From positions 1-34,706 of the forward strand of contig JAWCKV010000004.1 in assembly GCA_038851565.1 (NCBI GenBank): a stretch of 34,706 nucleotides of DNA. The letters are read 5' to 3'. Origin of the DNA: Candidatus Hadarchaeales archaeon (GTDB lineage: Archaea > Hadarchaeota > Hadarchaeia > Hadarchaeales > Hadarchaeaceae). Position numbers and translations under genes: made by a program. Below the pieces are notes generated by a model that was not told the DNA's origin, did no database searches, and saw only the letters and a list, made by a program, of their open reading frames with translations. This document shows positions 34,174-34,706 of this stretch, one piece after another. Within the stretch, counting starts at the first letter, position 1. The number at the start of each line of letters is the position of its first letter.

Positions 34174-34706
34174 ATGGAGGATTACTTCAAGACAATAGAT
34201 GGACAAATAGAGAGGATATATGAGCTGGCGAAAAAGGCGAGGGCGCTCGGGATAGATCCAGAGCTTGAGCCGGAGATACCTCGCGCTGGCGACCTGGCCT
34301 CAAGGGTCGAACAACTTGTCGGCCCGAATGGAATTGCCGAAGTCATACGCGAGATGGAGAAGACGATGGACAGGGAGGAGCTGGCACTCAAGGTCGCCGA
34401 GATGGTCATAGATGGAAGATTTGGAAGGTTGGACGAGGAAAAGGCGGCCGAGCAGGCCCTGAGGACCGCGCTAGCCATCTTGACCGAGGGAATAGTCATC
34501 GCACCTCTTGAGGGGATAACAAAGGTGGAGATAAGGAGGAATCCTGACAACACGAGATACCTGGCGATATGGTTTGCCAGCCCGATCAGGGCGGCAGGCG
34601 GGACGGCAGCCGCGCTCTCCGTGCTTGCGGGCGACTTCGTGAGGAGGAAGCTATTTCTGAGCCACTACAAGCCCACCCCTGAGGAGGTGGAGAGGTTCGT
34701 TGAGGA
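34174..34706 (+). CDS. polC: DNA polymerase D large subunit DP2 (3'-partial; start may be TTG at 34156)
   Basis: MEDYFKTI...ARALGIDP...EIPRAGDLASRVEQLVG...ALRTALAILTEG...APLEGI...FASPIRAAGGTA; frame is open to the window end. Confidence 0.93.
   Translation, partial: MEDYFKTIDGQIERIYELAKKARALGIDPELEPEIPRAGDLASRVEQLVGPNGIAEVIREMEKTMDREELALKVAEMVIDGRFGRLDEEKAAEQALRTALAILTEGIVIAPLEGITKVEIRRNPDNTRYLAIWFASPIRAAGGTAAALSVLAGDFVRRKLFLSHYKPTPEEVERFVE

Overview
Archaeal chromosomal window (PolD, MCM, GINS, two Orc1/Cdc6 genes, archaeal TyrRS and SHMT). Lineage cannot be fixed from sequence alone. Genes left of about 17.4 kb are mostly on the minus strand: CPA2 antiporter and CBS protein, a Phd/RelE toxin-antitoxin pair behind tRNA-Pro(CGG), cdc6, a long run of macrodomain-ABC-lplB-lplA-lipS1-lipS2-gcvH-gcvPA-gcvPB-AcoX-like kinase, minD and tyrS. 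Genes right of about 17.7 kb are mostly on the plus strand: ogg, hsp20, apgM-ACT-hom-thrC-glyA, then mcm(intein)-gins-cdc6-DP1-HAD-DP2. The switch point is an AT-rich gap carrying a canonical ORB box (GTTCCAGTGGAAACAAAGGGG), a strong oriC candidate. It is flanked not by cdc6 but by two divergent, apparently catalytically dead enzymes: a single-motif LAGLIDADG protein whose gene itself contains ORB-like boxes, and an AEP/PriS-like primase homologue lacking its catalytic motifs. Other highlights are an unassigned ~276-nt highly structured RNA with its own promoter (20055-20330, minus), a 45-aa eight-Cys microprotein missed by the ORF track, and a second ORB-like cluster upstream of the replisome operon. 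All family assignments come from motif recognition by eye, not from searches.
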